From Candidatus Bathyarchaeia archaeon (GTDB lineage: Archaea; Thermoproteota; Bathyarchaeia; 40CM-2-53-6): a stretch of DNA of 64,000 nt. Below are positions 37,492 to 47,272 of the stretch, piece after piece; the first letter of the stretch is position 1; each line of letters starts with the position of its first letter. The notes under the pieces are model-generated. The model saw only the letters and a list, made by a program, of their open reading frames with translations. It was not told the origin of the DNA and made no database searches. A program made the translations under genes and the position numbers. Location: assembly GCA_050013255.1 (NCBI GenBank), contig JBEKFP010000001.1, positions 1,343,938 to 1,407,937 on the forward strand, written 5' to 3'.

Positions 37492-37959
37492 TCAGAACTG
37501 TTTGAGGACATCTTCTCGTTCCATAACGTGACCGCAAAATGAGCAGCGCAGGCGGATTGGTTCTCGCCGGTCCACCCCGAACCTTGGTTCCACTGGTTCC
37601 CTAGAATTCGATATACACGAAGGGTTATCGCACTTTATGATTCCTCTAATGCTGGATGGTAATTCAACTACCTTCTTAGAAGATACATCGTAATTCCGAA
37701 CTATGTTAATAGTGGCGTTGGGTGCGATTAATGCGATTTTATCAACCTCGCTGGGTTTCAGTTCCCTATTCTGAATCTTGACAATATCCTTGTGCTGAAG
37801 CTGCTTACTCTCGACGTTCATCGCAACACTTACAACCTCGCCATCCTTCCCATTTATTCCAAGAATTTTCAGAACGTCAAGCGAGTAACCAGGCGTTATA
37901 TGATCGATAACTGTCCCGTTCGTAATCTTCCTAACGTACAGCTCTTGGCGCGTTTGCAA
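37492..37959 (-). CDS. pyrI: Aspartate carbamoyltransferase regulatory subunit
   Basis: KI.NGTVIDHI, KDIVKI, CDNPSCIS...RCSFC. Confidence 0.97.
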   Translation of the reverse strand: MQTRQELYVRKITNGTVIDHITPGYSLDVLKILGINGKDGEVVSVAMNVESKQLQHKDIVKIQNRELKPSEVDKIALIAPNATINIVRNYDVSSKKVVELPSSIRGIIKCDNPSCISNSREPVEPRFGVDRREPIRLRCSFCGHVMEREDVLKQF

Positions 37960-38263
37960 AACCTTTCAACTGCTCCAATGTTTGCCAACCGTTATTTAAC
38001 CCTGAAAAAAGTAGAGTTCAATGCGGGCTTCTAGAAAGAAATGAGAGAACGCTTCTTCAAGGCGTCTCCTCAGCGATCTTCGAACGGCATCCTACAATCC
38101 CGACTTGAAATATAGCTTACGGCCAAATCCTATTCTACAACTATTTCCACATGCCAAGAGGCTAGGCAACGTAACCTACTTCGAACCTGGACGCTGCGTA
38201 TGATAGAACTAGGGAATAGGTGCTTATTAGTCGTGGGAACATTGGGCTTCTGGCGCGTGGCTA

Positions 38264-39184
38264 ATGGAATTTGCGGGAAGAGACATTGTATCAATCAAAG
38301 ACTTCTCTCGTGAAGAGATTGACTACATTCTGAAAACAACTGATTCCTTAGAGCCGATGGCGAGGAAGGGATCCCATGGTCTAGACGGGAGGATCATGGC
38401 CACGTTGTTCTTTGAACCTTCTACTAGGACCAGGCTAAGCTTCGAATCAGCAATGTACCGGCATGGTGGAAATTGCATTGGTTTCGCGGAACCGAAAATT
38501 TCCTCAGTTGAAAAAGGGGAGAACCTAGCAGACACGGTCCGAGTCGTGGAAAGTTACGCTGACATCCTCGTAATACGTCACCCACTGGAAGGGGCTGCTC
38601 GGCTCGCGGCCGATTTCGCATCCGTCCCAGTCATCAACGCCGGTACCGGTGCAGAAGAACACCCCACTCAAGCCATGCTTGACCTGTACACAATTCGCAG
38701 GGAGCTTGGGAAGATTGACGGGCTGAACATCGCTCTCGCGGGCGACTTGAGGTACGGCCGCACCGTTCACTCTCTAGCCTACGCCCTGTCTCTTTACAAT
38801 ATCAACCTCTACCTAGTGTCCCCTCCCTTGTTGAGGCTGCGTAAAGAAGTCCTAGAGGAGGTAAGTGGACGTGTCAAAGTGCAGGAGTTCGAGGAACTCT
38901 CTAAAGTAATGCCCCAAGTTGACGCACTCTACATGACCCGGATCCAGAAGGAGAGGTTCGGCTCCCTGGAAGATTATGAAAAAGTGCGCGGCTCTTACAG
39001 GCTCAGCGCGGCCGACCTGACCCGGGCTAAACCGAAGATGATCATAATGCATCCGCTCCCCAGGGTCGACGAAATCGAGTACAGCGTTGACAATACGCCA
39101 CATGCGAAATACTTCAAACAGGTATGGTACGGATTACTAGTTCGAATGAGCTTAATTGGGCTGGTTCTTGGCGCGCTAAAGTAG
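38264..39184 (+). CDS. pyrB: Aspartate carbamoyltransferase catalytic subunit
   Basis: FFEPSTRTRLSF, HPTQ, GDLRYGRTVHS and MHPLPR motifs. Confidence 0.98.
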   Translation: MEFAGRDIVSIKDFSREEIDYILKTTDSLEPMARKGSHGLDGRIMATLFFEPSTRTRLSFESAMYRHGGNCIGFAEPKISSVEKGENLADTVRVVESYADILVIRHPLEGAARLAADFASVPVINAGTGAEEHPTQAMLDLYTIRRELGKIDGLNIALAGDLRYGRTVHSLAYALSLYNINLYLVSPPLLRLRKEVLEEVSGRVKVQEFEELSKVMPQVDALYMTRIQKERFGSLEDYEKVRGSYRLSAADLTRAKPKMIIMHPLPRVDEIEYSVDNTPHAKYFKQVWYGLLVRMSLIGLVLGALK

Positions 39185-39247
39185 GCATGGTGTTACCTAA
39201 GGTAACGCTTATATGAGGACTTTCCTCAACATATTACCAGACCGGAG

Positions 39248-40000
39248 ATGCGATTAGAAGTACTCCCATCCTCGCGAAAACGCCGAGTTCTGCCCATGCA
39301 CGTAGTGAACTACACGGCGTTTCGAGAAGACTTCCGCACAGATGAGGACGAGAGTGAACTACATCTCTTAGAGGAGTTTCACGCCGCCCGAGTTCTTTCC
39401 CAGAGCGGTGACGTGGATACCTTTGTCGGACCAATTCTTTACGACCCCGAGAAGCATTCGCATCGGTTCACCCCTGACCTGGCCGGAGTCGAAGGGGGCA
39501 CTGTAACTGCAGTTTTCTGTGAAACAAGAGCGCCTGACGAAGCGCTACTGAAAGACTTGGGAGTAATAGACGAGGCCGAGAACTCGAAAGCTGTCGTAGT
39601 CTACCCGTCTAGGGTAAACTCCAACCCTATAGATTCCAGGTTCCCCGACGCGGTTGACTCAGGCAAGTTCGTAATCGAACATCTGAATTGGCGAGACCGA
39701 GGGCTAGAAAGGGCTTTTCGGGAAGCACTAGAACTCATGGACCTGTTATGTAATGAAACACGAGTGAAAATGCTCCTCCCACTGCTTGAGGCCCCTCAGG
39801 GCAAGAAGAATTTCAGGGAAGGAATAAACCCTAAACTCATCTACGAAAACGTCCCCCTTCTGAGAGCACACAAACTAATCGCCGAGCTATCAGACGACCT
39901 GTACGACCTTACTCCAATTGGCAAGACAATCCTCGGCGAATACTTGGCATTCGTTGAGAAAGTTAGGGGTCTGCTCGAAAAAGCAGACAAGGAAGAATAG
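39248..40000 (+). CDS. Hypothetical protein with C-terminal winged-helix domain
   Basis: L.NETRVKML..L...Y.LTPIG pattern. Confidence 0.6.
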   Translation: MRLEVLPSSRKRRVLPMHVVNYTAFREDFRTDEDESELHLLEEFHAARVLSQSGDVDTFVGPILYDPEKHSHRFTPDLAGVEGGTVTAVFCETRAPDEALLKDLGVIDEAENSKAVVVYPSRVNSNPIDSRFPDAVDSGKFVIEHLNWRDRGLERAFREALELMDLLCNETRVKMLLPLLEAPQGKKNFREGINPKLIYENVPLLRAHKLIAELSDDLYDLTPIGKTILGEYLAFVEKVRGLLEKADKEE

Positions 40001-40016
40001 CTCGGGGTTGAACAAG

Positions 40017-40505
40017 ATGAGTACAATGATCGAACGTTTGGACTCTTCTCGTGACTTTAGTGACGTCTTCGAACTCGTCAAGAAATCAGCAGAACGCTCG
40101 CTAGGGCGACGTAGAGCTGGGCTGATGCTCTATCTGGCCAAGCTCCCAAAGCACATCGGCGGATACCACACTATGGGAACGAATGGCATCGTAATGAACA
40201 GGACAATTCTTGAAACGGTGACGCATGGCGCACGCTCTCTCCGTGAAATAAACTCATACGTCTATTCAATTCTGCTCCACGAGTATTTGCATTCACTCGG
40301 ATATGTGGAAGAGGGGGATGTGCGAAGGCTAGTGTACGACGTATCACTGGAAACATTCGGCCCAAACCATCCGGCTACTCAAATAGCTTCGAAGGGTCCG
40401 GGTGTCATGTTCCCCGAAATCTCACTTCACGATGTCCCAACGGAGTCGCCAGATGTTGAAGTGATTCCGGATTTGGAGAGAAGTAGCCAACGTTACATTA
40501 GTTAG
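40017..40505 (+). CDS. Zincin-like metallopeptidase domain protein
   Basis: LLHEYLHSLG motif. Confidence 0.75.
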   Translation: MSTMIERLDSSRDFSDVFELVKKSAERSLGRRRAGLMLYLAKLPKHIGGYHTMGTNGIVMNRTILETVTHGARSLREINSYVYSILLHEYLHSLGYVEEGDVRRLVYDVSLETFGPNHPATQIASKGPGVMFPEISLHDVPTESPDVEVIPDLERSSQRYIS

Positions 40506-42813
40506 ATACCGTGTAGGATACCCGCCTTTCCACACTTCTCTTCTTTGCCTCAGGCCAGAGGCTGAATGGTAGCAGACCGTAAGAAGATCTGCCAAGATGC
40601 GTGATCTTGTCTGACTCGCAGTTGCTGCATTTCGGAGTTATTCCTGGATCAGTGTGGTTGCAGACACTGCACGCTGAATAGTTTGATGTATAAACCAAAA
40701 ACTTGCAACCAGAATCAAATGCCTTCGCTGTAAGTCTCATGAGTGCGGGCGCCGTCGAATCAGGCGAGATGCAGACTAAGCTGAGGTGGCCGCCAGGCGT
40801 CGCGGATTGAAATCTCGACTCCAAATCAAGCCTGCTATCGATAGTCATTTTGGTTGTCAGCGGGATGGTCGGTAAGTCGGTGTAGTAGAATAGCCCTCGA
40901 GACCCGTCCGCTACGATCGCTGCCCTACCATATTGCTCAATGTCCAACTCCGCAAGCCTTCCCGCGGCTTCGTCTCCGGGCCTTTGTGAAGCGGAGATAC
41001 GCATTTCTGATTCCTCCGAAGCAGACTTTAGCAGGCTCGAAACTTCTTGCAATATCTTTAACCCGAAGTCTGCCGCCGCCCCATCTCGTTCCATCTTAAG
41101 TCCCGTGTGGGCTTCAACGGCTTCACTCAGGCCAATGAATGAGAGATTGTAGGACGAATTCTTCTCGTAGAAGTAAGGTGCGGTCCCACTCTCTCCAGCC
41201 AATAGGTGCAGAAGTGGTTGTTTCATGCGTTCGCTGATGAATTTTTTCTTGACTTTGAAACCTTCAACAGTGAGCGAGACCGTCTCCCTGAGTTGTGCTG
41301 AGAATTTTCCATCGTTCTTCTTCGCCTGGTAGGCGATCCTAGGTAGATTCAAGAAAATGGTGTCCATGCTACCTGTTCTGACGCAATCAGCGTCCCAGTG
41401 ATTAGTCCATTCATCGCCCAGCCTGAGCCCCGTGCCGGAGTAACTGCTCTTCTCTCCATCCTCACTAAGCTGAAACACGGGTATGCTTCGTTGGGCCGCT
41501 AGTTCGTGCGCTTTCTCAAGCATGGCTCTAGCCCGCTCATCACTCAACGCCTTACGCCCAACCCTTACTACCAGGTGGGGGAGAATGGGGGGCCTCGATT
41601 GCGACATCTTCTGAAACGCTTCGATTGTCGCACCCGCCAACAGGCGGCTTTCCTCACCATAGTCTGAATACTTGCTTGCCGCTTTACCCCCTGGCCCAAT
41701 CGCATCCTCCTGCGAAATGAATTCGGGGGTGATCAAGTCAATTGAGATTGAAATGCCAGCTTGGGGGCTACTCGAAGGGATATCCCTCCGCATTGAAGTG
41801 AGAAAATAATACAGACCATTTGAAATGTCCCCCGCCGTTCTTCCCCGGACGTATGGAGATAGGAAGGTGTTGAAGAACTCAACTGTCTGCTCCCCCGAAA
41901 CCTCACCCGCTCCAATTTCTAACACTTGACGGACTAGGGCAAGCGCCGCCTCAAATGAATCAGGTGGCAACATTCCGAATAGACTGTTTCTGAGGAAGTA
42001 GCGAATGTCGTGGATTATCTCATTTGGAGTGAGAATCCAATTTTCCAAATTTGCTATGTGAATTTCGCCTGATAGGTGGGCGTCCGCCAGTTTGTGGGGA
42101 AGGCAGTTAAGCAAAACATATTCCGATAGAACTGACCTTGCGGAGGAACGTTGCACATACTCCGCGCTAAGCTGTTTATCGCCCGCAGTTTTGATGAGTT
42201 GGGCAACATCGTAAACTGGCATACCGAGCCTTGTGAGCTTGTGGCGGTACTCTTCCAACTTCTTTTCAATTAAGATCGCATTAACGAACTCACGGATCAG
42301 GGGTGCGGTAAGATACGCCGTCTTCAACCTGATCAGCCTATCCTCAGCCTCAGCAGCTATCTCATCCGCAATCTCTTGTGGGACACCCGCCTCGACAACC
42401 AGTGATTTTGCGATCTTGTTCCTGTGAAATTCCTCTATGGCAAGCCTGGAAGATCTGACGTATAGTTTTCCGCGCTTTACATTCACATATTCATCCAAAT
42501 CTCTGGAGAAGGAAACAATCATTCGACCGAGTTCAGTGACCTCATATCGTTTCGTCTTCTTCTCAAGCGTGACTAGGCCGGTGTCCGTTAGGCTTCGGAG
42601 ATGGTAAACAAACTTCCCAGCGTCGCGCACAGGGTCGAGTTTGAGCTGGAACATTATCTCCGTGTACTGTAGAGAGCCCTTCGTTGAGAGAAGTCGCAAA
42701 ATCTGTAGTCGGACCGGGGCAGACGCGGCATTGAAGATGCCCGCACCAACTCTCTCCGATGAACGAAACAAACAATTACCGCCCAGAAGATGGCTCGCAA
42801 CCACTATAGGCAT
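40498..42813 (-). CDS. ArsR-type HTH + ATP-cone + class III ribonucleotide reductase (NrdD)-like protein, catalytic motifs degenerate
   Basis: R..IL..L...YHL..L...GLV HTH; ATP-cone LTAPLIREFVN..L; ADAHLSGEIHI, NLPRIA, IGLSEAV, GGH, CxxC...CxxC; C-terminal RSSYG in place of RxxGY. Confidence 0.85.
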   Translation of the reverse strand: MPIVVASHLLGGNCLFRSSERVGAGIFNAASAPVRLQILRLLSTKGSLQYTEIMFQLKLDPVRDAGKFVYHLRSLTDTGLVTLEKKTKRYEVTELGRMIVSFSRDLDEYVNVKRGKLYVRSSRLAIEEFHRNKIAKSLVVEAGVPQEIADEIAAEAEDRLIRLKTAYLTAPLIREFVNAILIEKKLEEYRHKLTRLGMPVYDVAQLIKTAGDKQLSAEYVQRSSARSVLSEYVLLNCLPHKLADAHLSGEIHIANLENWILTPNEIIHDIRYFLRNSLFGMLPPDSFEAALALVRQVLEIGAGEVSGEQTVEFFNTFLSPYVRGRTAGDISNGLYYFLTSMRRDIPSSSPQAGISISIDLITPEFISQEDAIGPGGKAASKYSDYGEESRLLAGATIEAFQKMSQSRPPILPHLVVRVGRKALSDERARAMLEKAHELAAQRSIPVFQLSEDGEKSSYSGTGLRLGDEWTNHWDADCVRTGSMDTIFLNLPRIAYQAKKNDGKFSAQLRETVSLTVEGFKVKKKFISERMKQPLLHLLAGESGTAPYFYEKNSSYNLSFIGLSEAVEAHTGLKMERDGAAADFGLKILQEVSSLLKSASEESEMRISASQRPGDEAAGRLAELDIEQYGRAAIVADGSRGLFYYTDLPTIPLTTKMTIDSRLDLESRFQSATPGGHLSLVCISPDSTAPALMRLTAKAFDSGCKFLVYTSNYSACSVCNHTDPGITPKCSNCESDKITHLGRSSYGLLPFSLWPEAKKRSVERRVSYTVSN

Positions 42814-42949
42814 GAATCGATGTTTAAAAAATTGTAGTTGCAGTCATTCCTTCGTCAAGGAACGCGAAATCTCCGCAGTTACCATCATTGAGAATCTTTA
42901 TCTTTACTCAGCATGCGAGGGGCTTCTATCCAGCACAGGTTGGTTGGAA

Positions 42950-43465
42950 ATGGATGAAATGCGAATGCGGGACGACGATTACAAAACGCTAGCGAAATTG
43001 GAAGAAGCGTTCGAAAGAAAGGATCTTTCATACTTCAAATCTTTTCTCCAAAACTCGAAGGGGCTCCCTCTCTTATTGCGTGTTCACTCAGTCTGTATGC
43101 TTGAGCACATTGGAAGCGAGGAAATGGTGGAGTCTTTGTGTGTGGTCCTCGCAGAAGATGCAAGCCCGCTTACAAGGCATGAGGCTGCGTTCACCCTGGG
43201 CCAGTTAGGTTACCGTTCTGCTGTACCCGCGTTGGTTGAGGCAATGCTTCATGACGAGAGCCCAATCGTCCGACACGAATCGGCTGTAGCACTGAGTTCC
43301 ATAGGCGACGATGGAGTGGTTCCAGATCTGAAGAAAGCGATTGAAGATGAAGATGAGGACGTGCGCAATTCGGCGTTAATCGCCTTCGAATACCTGGGTT
43401 ACATCCGCCGGAAAAGGGAAAGCGCTGGCGACAAGTTTGCGGTTAAACCGAAGATCAGGCTGTGA
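42950..43465 (+). CDS. HEAT-repeat (PBS lyase/DOHH-like) protein
   Basis: RHEAAFTLGQ and VRHESAVALSSIG repeats; ATG 42950 preferred over the ORF-track start. Confidence 0.85.
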   Translation: MDEMRMRDDDYKTLAKLEEAFERKDLSYFKSFLQNSKGLPLLLRVHSVCMLEHIGSEEMVESLCVVLAEDASPLTRHEAAFTLGQLGYRSAVPALVEAMLHDESPIVRHESAVALSSIGDDGVVPDLKKAIEDEDEDVRNSALIAFEYLGYIRRKRESAGDKFAVKPKIRL

Positions 43466-43501
43466 AGCATTTAAGCGAGTAGCCTGTCCCTACTTGGCCT
43501 A

Positions 43502-43677
43502 GGGGCGGTGGTCCAGGCCACGAGTCTACCCATCGTGGGGACAACTTGGTCTAAGATAGCGAAAACCAGTTCGCCTTGAAACCGGTCTCGGGACCAAAAA
43601 TACTGAACAGCGAGTACACCGGTGATCGAGGGTTCAAAATGGCCGGGAAGGTCATGATATTCCCTCCCGCCCCACCA
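43502..43677 (+). tRNA. tRNA-Pro(CGG) with four BHB introns (15/16: 43517-43544; 25/26: 43558-43580; 37/38: 43593-43616; 59/60: 43639-43660), CCA encoded
   Basis: Spliced 79-nt product GGGGCGG TG GTCC AGCTTGGTCTA AGAT A CCGGT CTCGGGC ACCGG TGATC GAGGG TTCAAAT CCCTC CCGCCCC ACCA; TATA-like TTTAAG at 43470. Confidence 0.92.
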
Positions 43678-43696
43678 ACGTTTTCACTTGGCGGGG

Positions 43697-44443
43697 TCAC
43701 ATCTCATATCCCGCATGCATGAATGTATGGGGTGCACCAAACGATGGGATGAAGACATCTTCATATTTCACATTCGAGAGGAACTGTCTACTCACCCTAT
43801 CTGCCAAGCTCCTCATTCGCGGGCTGTAAGCTAGCTCCACTGACGATCCGACGTACTGACTGCAACGACCTTTGCATCTCTCTTTGATATCCGCGTACAA
43901 TCGTTTCAGTGTGGCCGAATTGTTCCGGAAACCAAAAGGCCTCTCGGTAAGATCGATGATAGCAGCATCAAATCCATCGTCCGTGGAATGAAGATACTTG
44001 AAAGCATCACTGATCAAGATTCTAACCCTCGGGTCTCTGAACGCCCGATCTGCCCCCTTGATGTACTTCCTGCAAGATTCGACAAGCAATGCGTCAATCT
44101 CAACGACCTGGACACGCTTGATTGAGGGTGATTTAAGCAGTGTCAGTACCGTCTGCCCGCTACCGCCCCCTAGCACAACCACGCGTGCCACTCGATTTCT
44201 TCTAGCAGTACTGCAGAGGGCTTCGTTGAAAGTCCGCGAATCGTACGCCGTATGCTGGAGATTATTGTCGAGAAATAACATTCTACCATAAGCATCGTTA
44301 TCGATTATGTCTATTTTCTGATATCTCGACTGTTCCGAAAAACAGAGCCTCATAGCATGATAGGCCAAATGCAATCCAAGATAAGGTTCGTATACGATGT
44401 ATTCCGCTGCCGGGAAGCATACCTTACGGATACTTCTTGACAT
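43697..44443 (-). CDS. Spermidine synthase-like aminopropyltransferase
   Basis: S.YQKI.I......YGRMLFLD, VLGGGSG, VEID, DA..YL and IIDLTE motifs. Confidence 0.8.
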   Translation of the reverse strand: MSRSIRKVCFPAAEYIVYEPYLGLHLAYHAMRLCFSEQSRYQKIDIIDNDAYGRMLFLDNNLQHTAYDSRTFNEALCSTARRNRVARVVVLGGGSGQTVLTLLKSPSIKRVQVVEIDALLVESCRKYIKGADRAFRDPRVRILISDAFKYLHSTDDGFDAAIIDLTERPFGFRNNSATLKRLYADIKERCKGRCSQYVGSSVELAYSPRMRSLADRVSRQFLSNVKYEDVFIPSFGAPHTFMHAGYEM

Positions 44444-44504
44444 ACACTTCGACGGGCAGCCATAGGAACAATCTATATTAGAACTCCTCCGCGCATCCGA
44501 GCTA

Positions 44505-45287
44505 ATGCATCGTCCCCTTTACAACCAGCTCGTTGCTTACTACGAATCCATAGAAGGCCGGGATTGGCAGGGCGAAATTAAGCTCATCACTTCTTTCTTG
44601 AGGAATCATGGATCAAAATCTGTAGTGGACTTAGGCTGCGGGACTGGGTACCACGTGAGGGCGCTAGCGAAATTAGGGTTTGAGGCTGCTGGAATTGATA
44701 TTTCGAAACAGAATATTCGGTTTGCCAGAAGAAGGGCCAAGCACGAGAAGGTTCACCCGCGCTTTGTTGTGGGTAGCTACTATGAATGTTGTCCCGACGG
44801 AATCTTTGATGCGGCTCTCTGTTTAAACTGGTCTATTCCTGTGAAAGACGACGAGGTGAAACGATTTCTGGATAACACGTACTCCTTACTTCGACCGGAA
44901 GGGTTGCTGATTTTTGATTATGAGCGAGTCTCCCAAATTGTATGGAGCGACCTTGGAAAGGCAATCACAGAATCGTGGGATCTGGGTGGCAAGCTGATCG
45001 TAAGAGTTTCTGTTGGGCAGGTGGTGTCAAACGTGCTATATTCAAAAGACATCTACATTATCTACTCAAAGTCTTCCAAGCTGTCGGCACCGAGTGAACC
45101 GTCAAGGTACCAAGCCCCTAAAGGCACCCACGTTCAAACGTATGTTGATAGTTCCTATGTGCGCTTCTTTTCAGTGTCAGAAATAAGAGACTTCGCACAA
45201 CACTCCGGATTCAAAATGATTGCCACCTTCATGATACCGAGGAAGAAATACAGGCGTCACTATGCTGTCCTTATGAAGACCGCTTGA
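44505..45287 (+). CDS. Class I SAM-dependent methyltransferase
   Basis: VVDLGCGTG, GIDIS and LRPEG motifs. Confidence 0.88.
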   Translation: MHRPLYNQLVAYYESIEGRDWQGEIKLITSFLRNHGSKSVVDLGCGTGYHVRALAKLGFEAAGIDISKQNIRFARRRAKHEKVHPRFVVGSYYECCPDGIFDAALCLNWSIPVKDDEVKRFLDNTYSLLRPEGLLIFDYERVSQIVWSDLGKAITESWDLGGKLIVRVSVGQVVSNVLYSKDIYIIYSKSSKLSAPSEPSRYQAPKGTHVQTYVDSSYVRFFSVSEIRDFAQHSGFKMIATFMIPRKKYRRHYAVLMKTA

Positions 45288-45437
45288 ATGGAACTTTCAG
45301 TTGGATGTCGATCGTTCGCATTATAATTGCGACAAACTCAGCAATTTCCCTGCTAAAGCACAGCTCAATTTTGCAGTCACGGTGAATAACAGTTTTGTCC
45401 TCGGCACATTTGAAACCAAAGAAAGGTATGTGGGTTC

Positions 45438-46208
45438 ATGAAACGACTCATCGCCATCTTGATACTGTTGATGCTCTCGGTTCCGATGGGGGTTAACGCT
45501 CTTCCTCCGCGGTATGCTATTCCCAAAGGCCAAGCCCTGATTTTGTCCTCTCTGAACGAAACAAATCCTATGGGTCAATACGGCAAGAATGCTGTCTGGT
45601 ACTTGACGCATGCAGGATACAACGTAACATACCTAACCGATGGCCAAGTGACCGTCGATTTACTCCTAACCCGGATGAAGAACTACAACGTCGTGATCTG
45701 GCGAACTGACAGCTTCACCTGGAAGCACGTCACCTACTGGTGGGTTGGAGAAAAAGTGAACGATGGAGTACAGGACGAATACCCAGCCGATTTCGCACAA
45801 GGCTGGCTAAATGCCAACACTGGTATTGTTGGAATAAGTTCGGAGTTCTTCACAAATCACCTCGGGCCAAAAACTCTGACCGGTGTCTCGCTACTGATGT
45901 TCCTCTCGAGTGATGGCAATGCGGTTGCACCCATGTTTGTTACAGCGGGAGCTTCGTCAGTAATTTACTGCAACGGGTCGATTTCCCTTGAATTTGGCTT
46001 AATAGATGATCTCTCTATCCAAATGGTTGCATACCTAACCCAAGGAGAGAGCGTCTACTCCGCCGTGTACGCTACAGTGTCTCCATTCAACCAGGGACAG
46101 CAACCGAAAGACCCCCTTGACAATACATATGCCCCACCATTCTGGTACATCGGCGACGGTTCGGTAATAATTGCTTCAAGCATCCGTGCAACTCCTCACA
46201 TATCCTGA
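45438..46208 (+). CDS. Hypothetical secreted protein
   Basis: Signal peptide followed by an alpha/beta domain. Confidence 0.65.
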   Translation: MKRLIAILILLMLSVPMGVNALPPRYAIPKGQALILSSLNETNPMGQYGKNAVWYLTHAGYNVTYLTDGQVTVDLLLTRMKNYNVVIWRTDSFTWKHVTYWWVGEKVNDGVQDEYPADFAQGWLNANTGIVGISSEFFTNHLGPKTLTGVSLLMFLSSDGNAVAPMFVTAGASSVIYCNGSISLEFGLIDDLSIQMVAYLTQGESVYSAVYATVSPFNQGQQPKDPLDNTYAPPFWYIGDGSVIIASSIRATPHIS

Positions 46209-46495
46209 ACAATCCGTCGCTTCACGCAGCCGGTAGGGTATAGCATATCTTTGCGGTGAATTCGAACAACCCTACGAACGGTTAGATTCTGCGCCTAGTA
46301 TGCCACAGAACTTCCGATGTTTCGCAAGTACTGCAATCATGCCATGATTTTGAGATTCGAGAGTTTCGATTTCCACAGGGATGTGCCGGTGGCACCCCCA
46401 ACTGCTCTCAATACACAGGAGCAAACGGTTCGAGGCGATAAGCTGCCGCCCGTTCGAATCAAGGTGTCTAGTGAAATCTGACTAAGTGCAGCTGT

Positions 46496-47158
46496 TTATC
46501 GAAGGCGATTCCCGCAACTGTCACAGAAGTTTGCAGCGGGATGGTTAGGAGCACCGCAGTAAGAACAGGCGATTGTTGCCCAGGGCGTTGACTGGGGATA
46601 TACTTCTTGCTGTCGATAGTACGCTTGCTGAGGAGGAGGTTGGGTGTAGGTTGGCTGAGTTTGCGGCATGTATGGTGGGCCTCCTGGCGCCGGGACCATT
46701 TGCCGGCCGAAGGCGATTCCTCCGGCACGTCCGAAGAAGGCTCGAACATTGCGAGTGCTCAAGTACACAAGTATGAGTAGGTACAGGATGATTGGTACTA
46801 GGTCTGCGATATTCTCCAGCGTCAATCCTCCAGAAACTAAACTTGACACCAGACTTAGCACTCCAAAGATGAGTCCAATGATTGCCCCTACTATGCTAAG
46901 GCCCCACGCCCATCCTTTCCCGGCCCAAAGGCCGTACGCTAGCGCGAACGAAAGAATTCCAAGGCCGAATGCGACAAAACCGAGCAACAGGAGCGCCGTG
47001 GCAAGGAAGCCTCCACCTACGAGGGCCGTAGACACAACATAGGCGAAGATAAGTAGAATTCCGAGCCCTATGTCTCCAATCCCGCTAATGACTTGCAGTA
47101 TTGTGAGGATTGTTACACCAATGGGTCTTCCGGGACGTGGCATGTAAGGTGTGTACAA
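46496..47158 (-). CDS. Membrane protein with C-terminal double zinc ribbon
   Basis: RPIGVTIL; four TM helices; CSYCG....ANFCDSCG. Confidence 0.75.
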   Translation of the reverse strand: MYTPYMPRPGRPIGVTILTILQVISGIGDIGLGILLIFAYVVSTALVGGGFLATALLLLGFVAFGLGILSFALAYGLWAGKGWAWGLSIVGAIIGLIFGVLSLVSSLVSGGLTLENIADLVPIILYLLILVYLSTRNVRAFFGRAGGIAFGRQMVPAPGGPPYMPQTQPTYTQPPPQQAYYRQQEVYPQSTPWATIACSYCGAPNHPAANFCDSCGNRLR

Positions 47159-47272
47159 TTAACTCAGCTAACCTGTTACTCTAGGTTAAGGGGATAATGA
47201 AACCTCCGGAACGGCATATTTCAGTCTTCGCAATGATCTGATTAGTTCGAATTGGTGGAAACGAATTATGGT

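Noticed and set aside
43697-44443. Functional link between the spermidine synthase-like gene and the DOHH-like gene (hypusine pathway)
   Set aside because: Opposite strands, separated by a tRNA, and the synthase lies in a likely inserted segment; proximity is probably coincidental.
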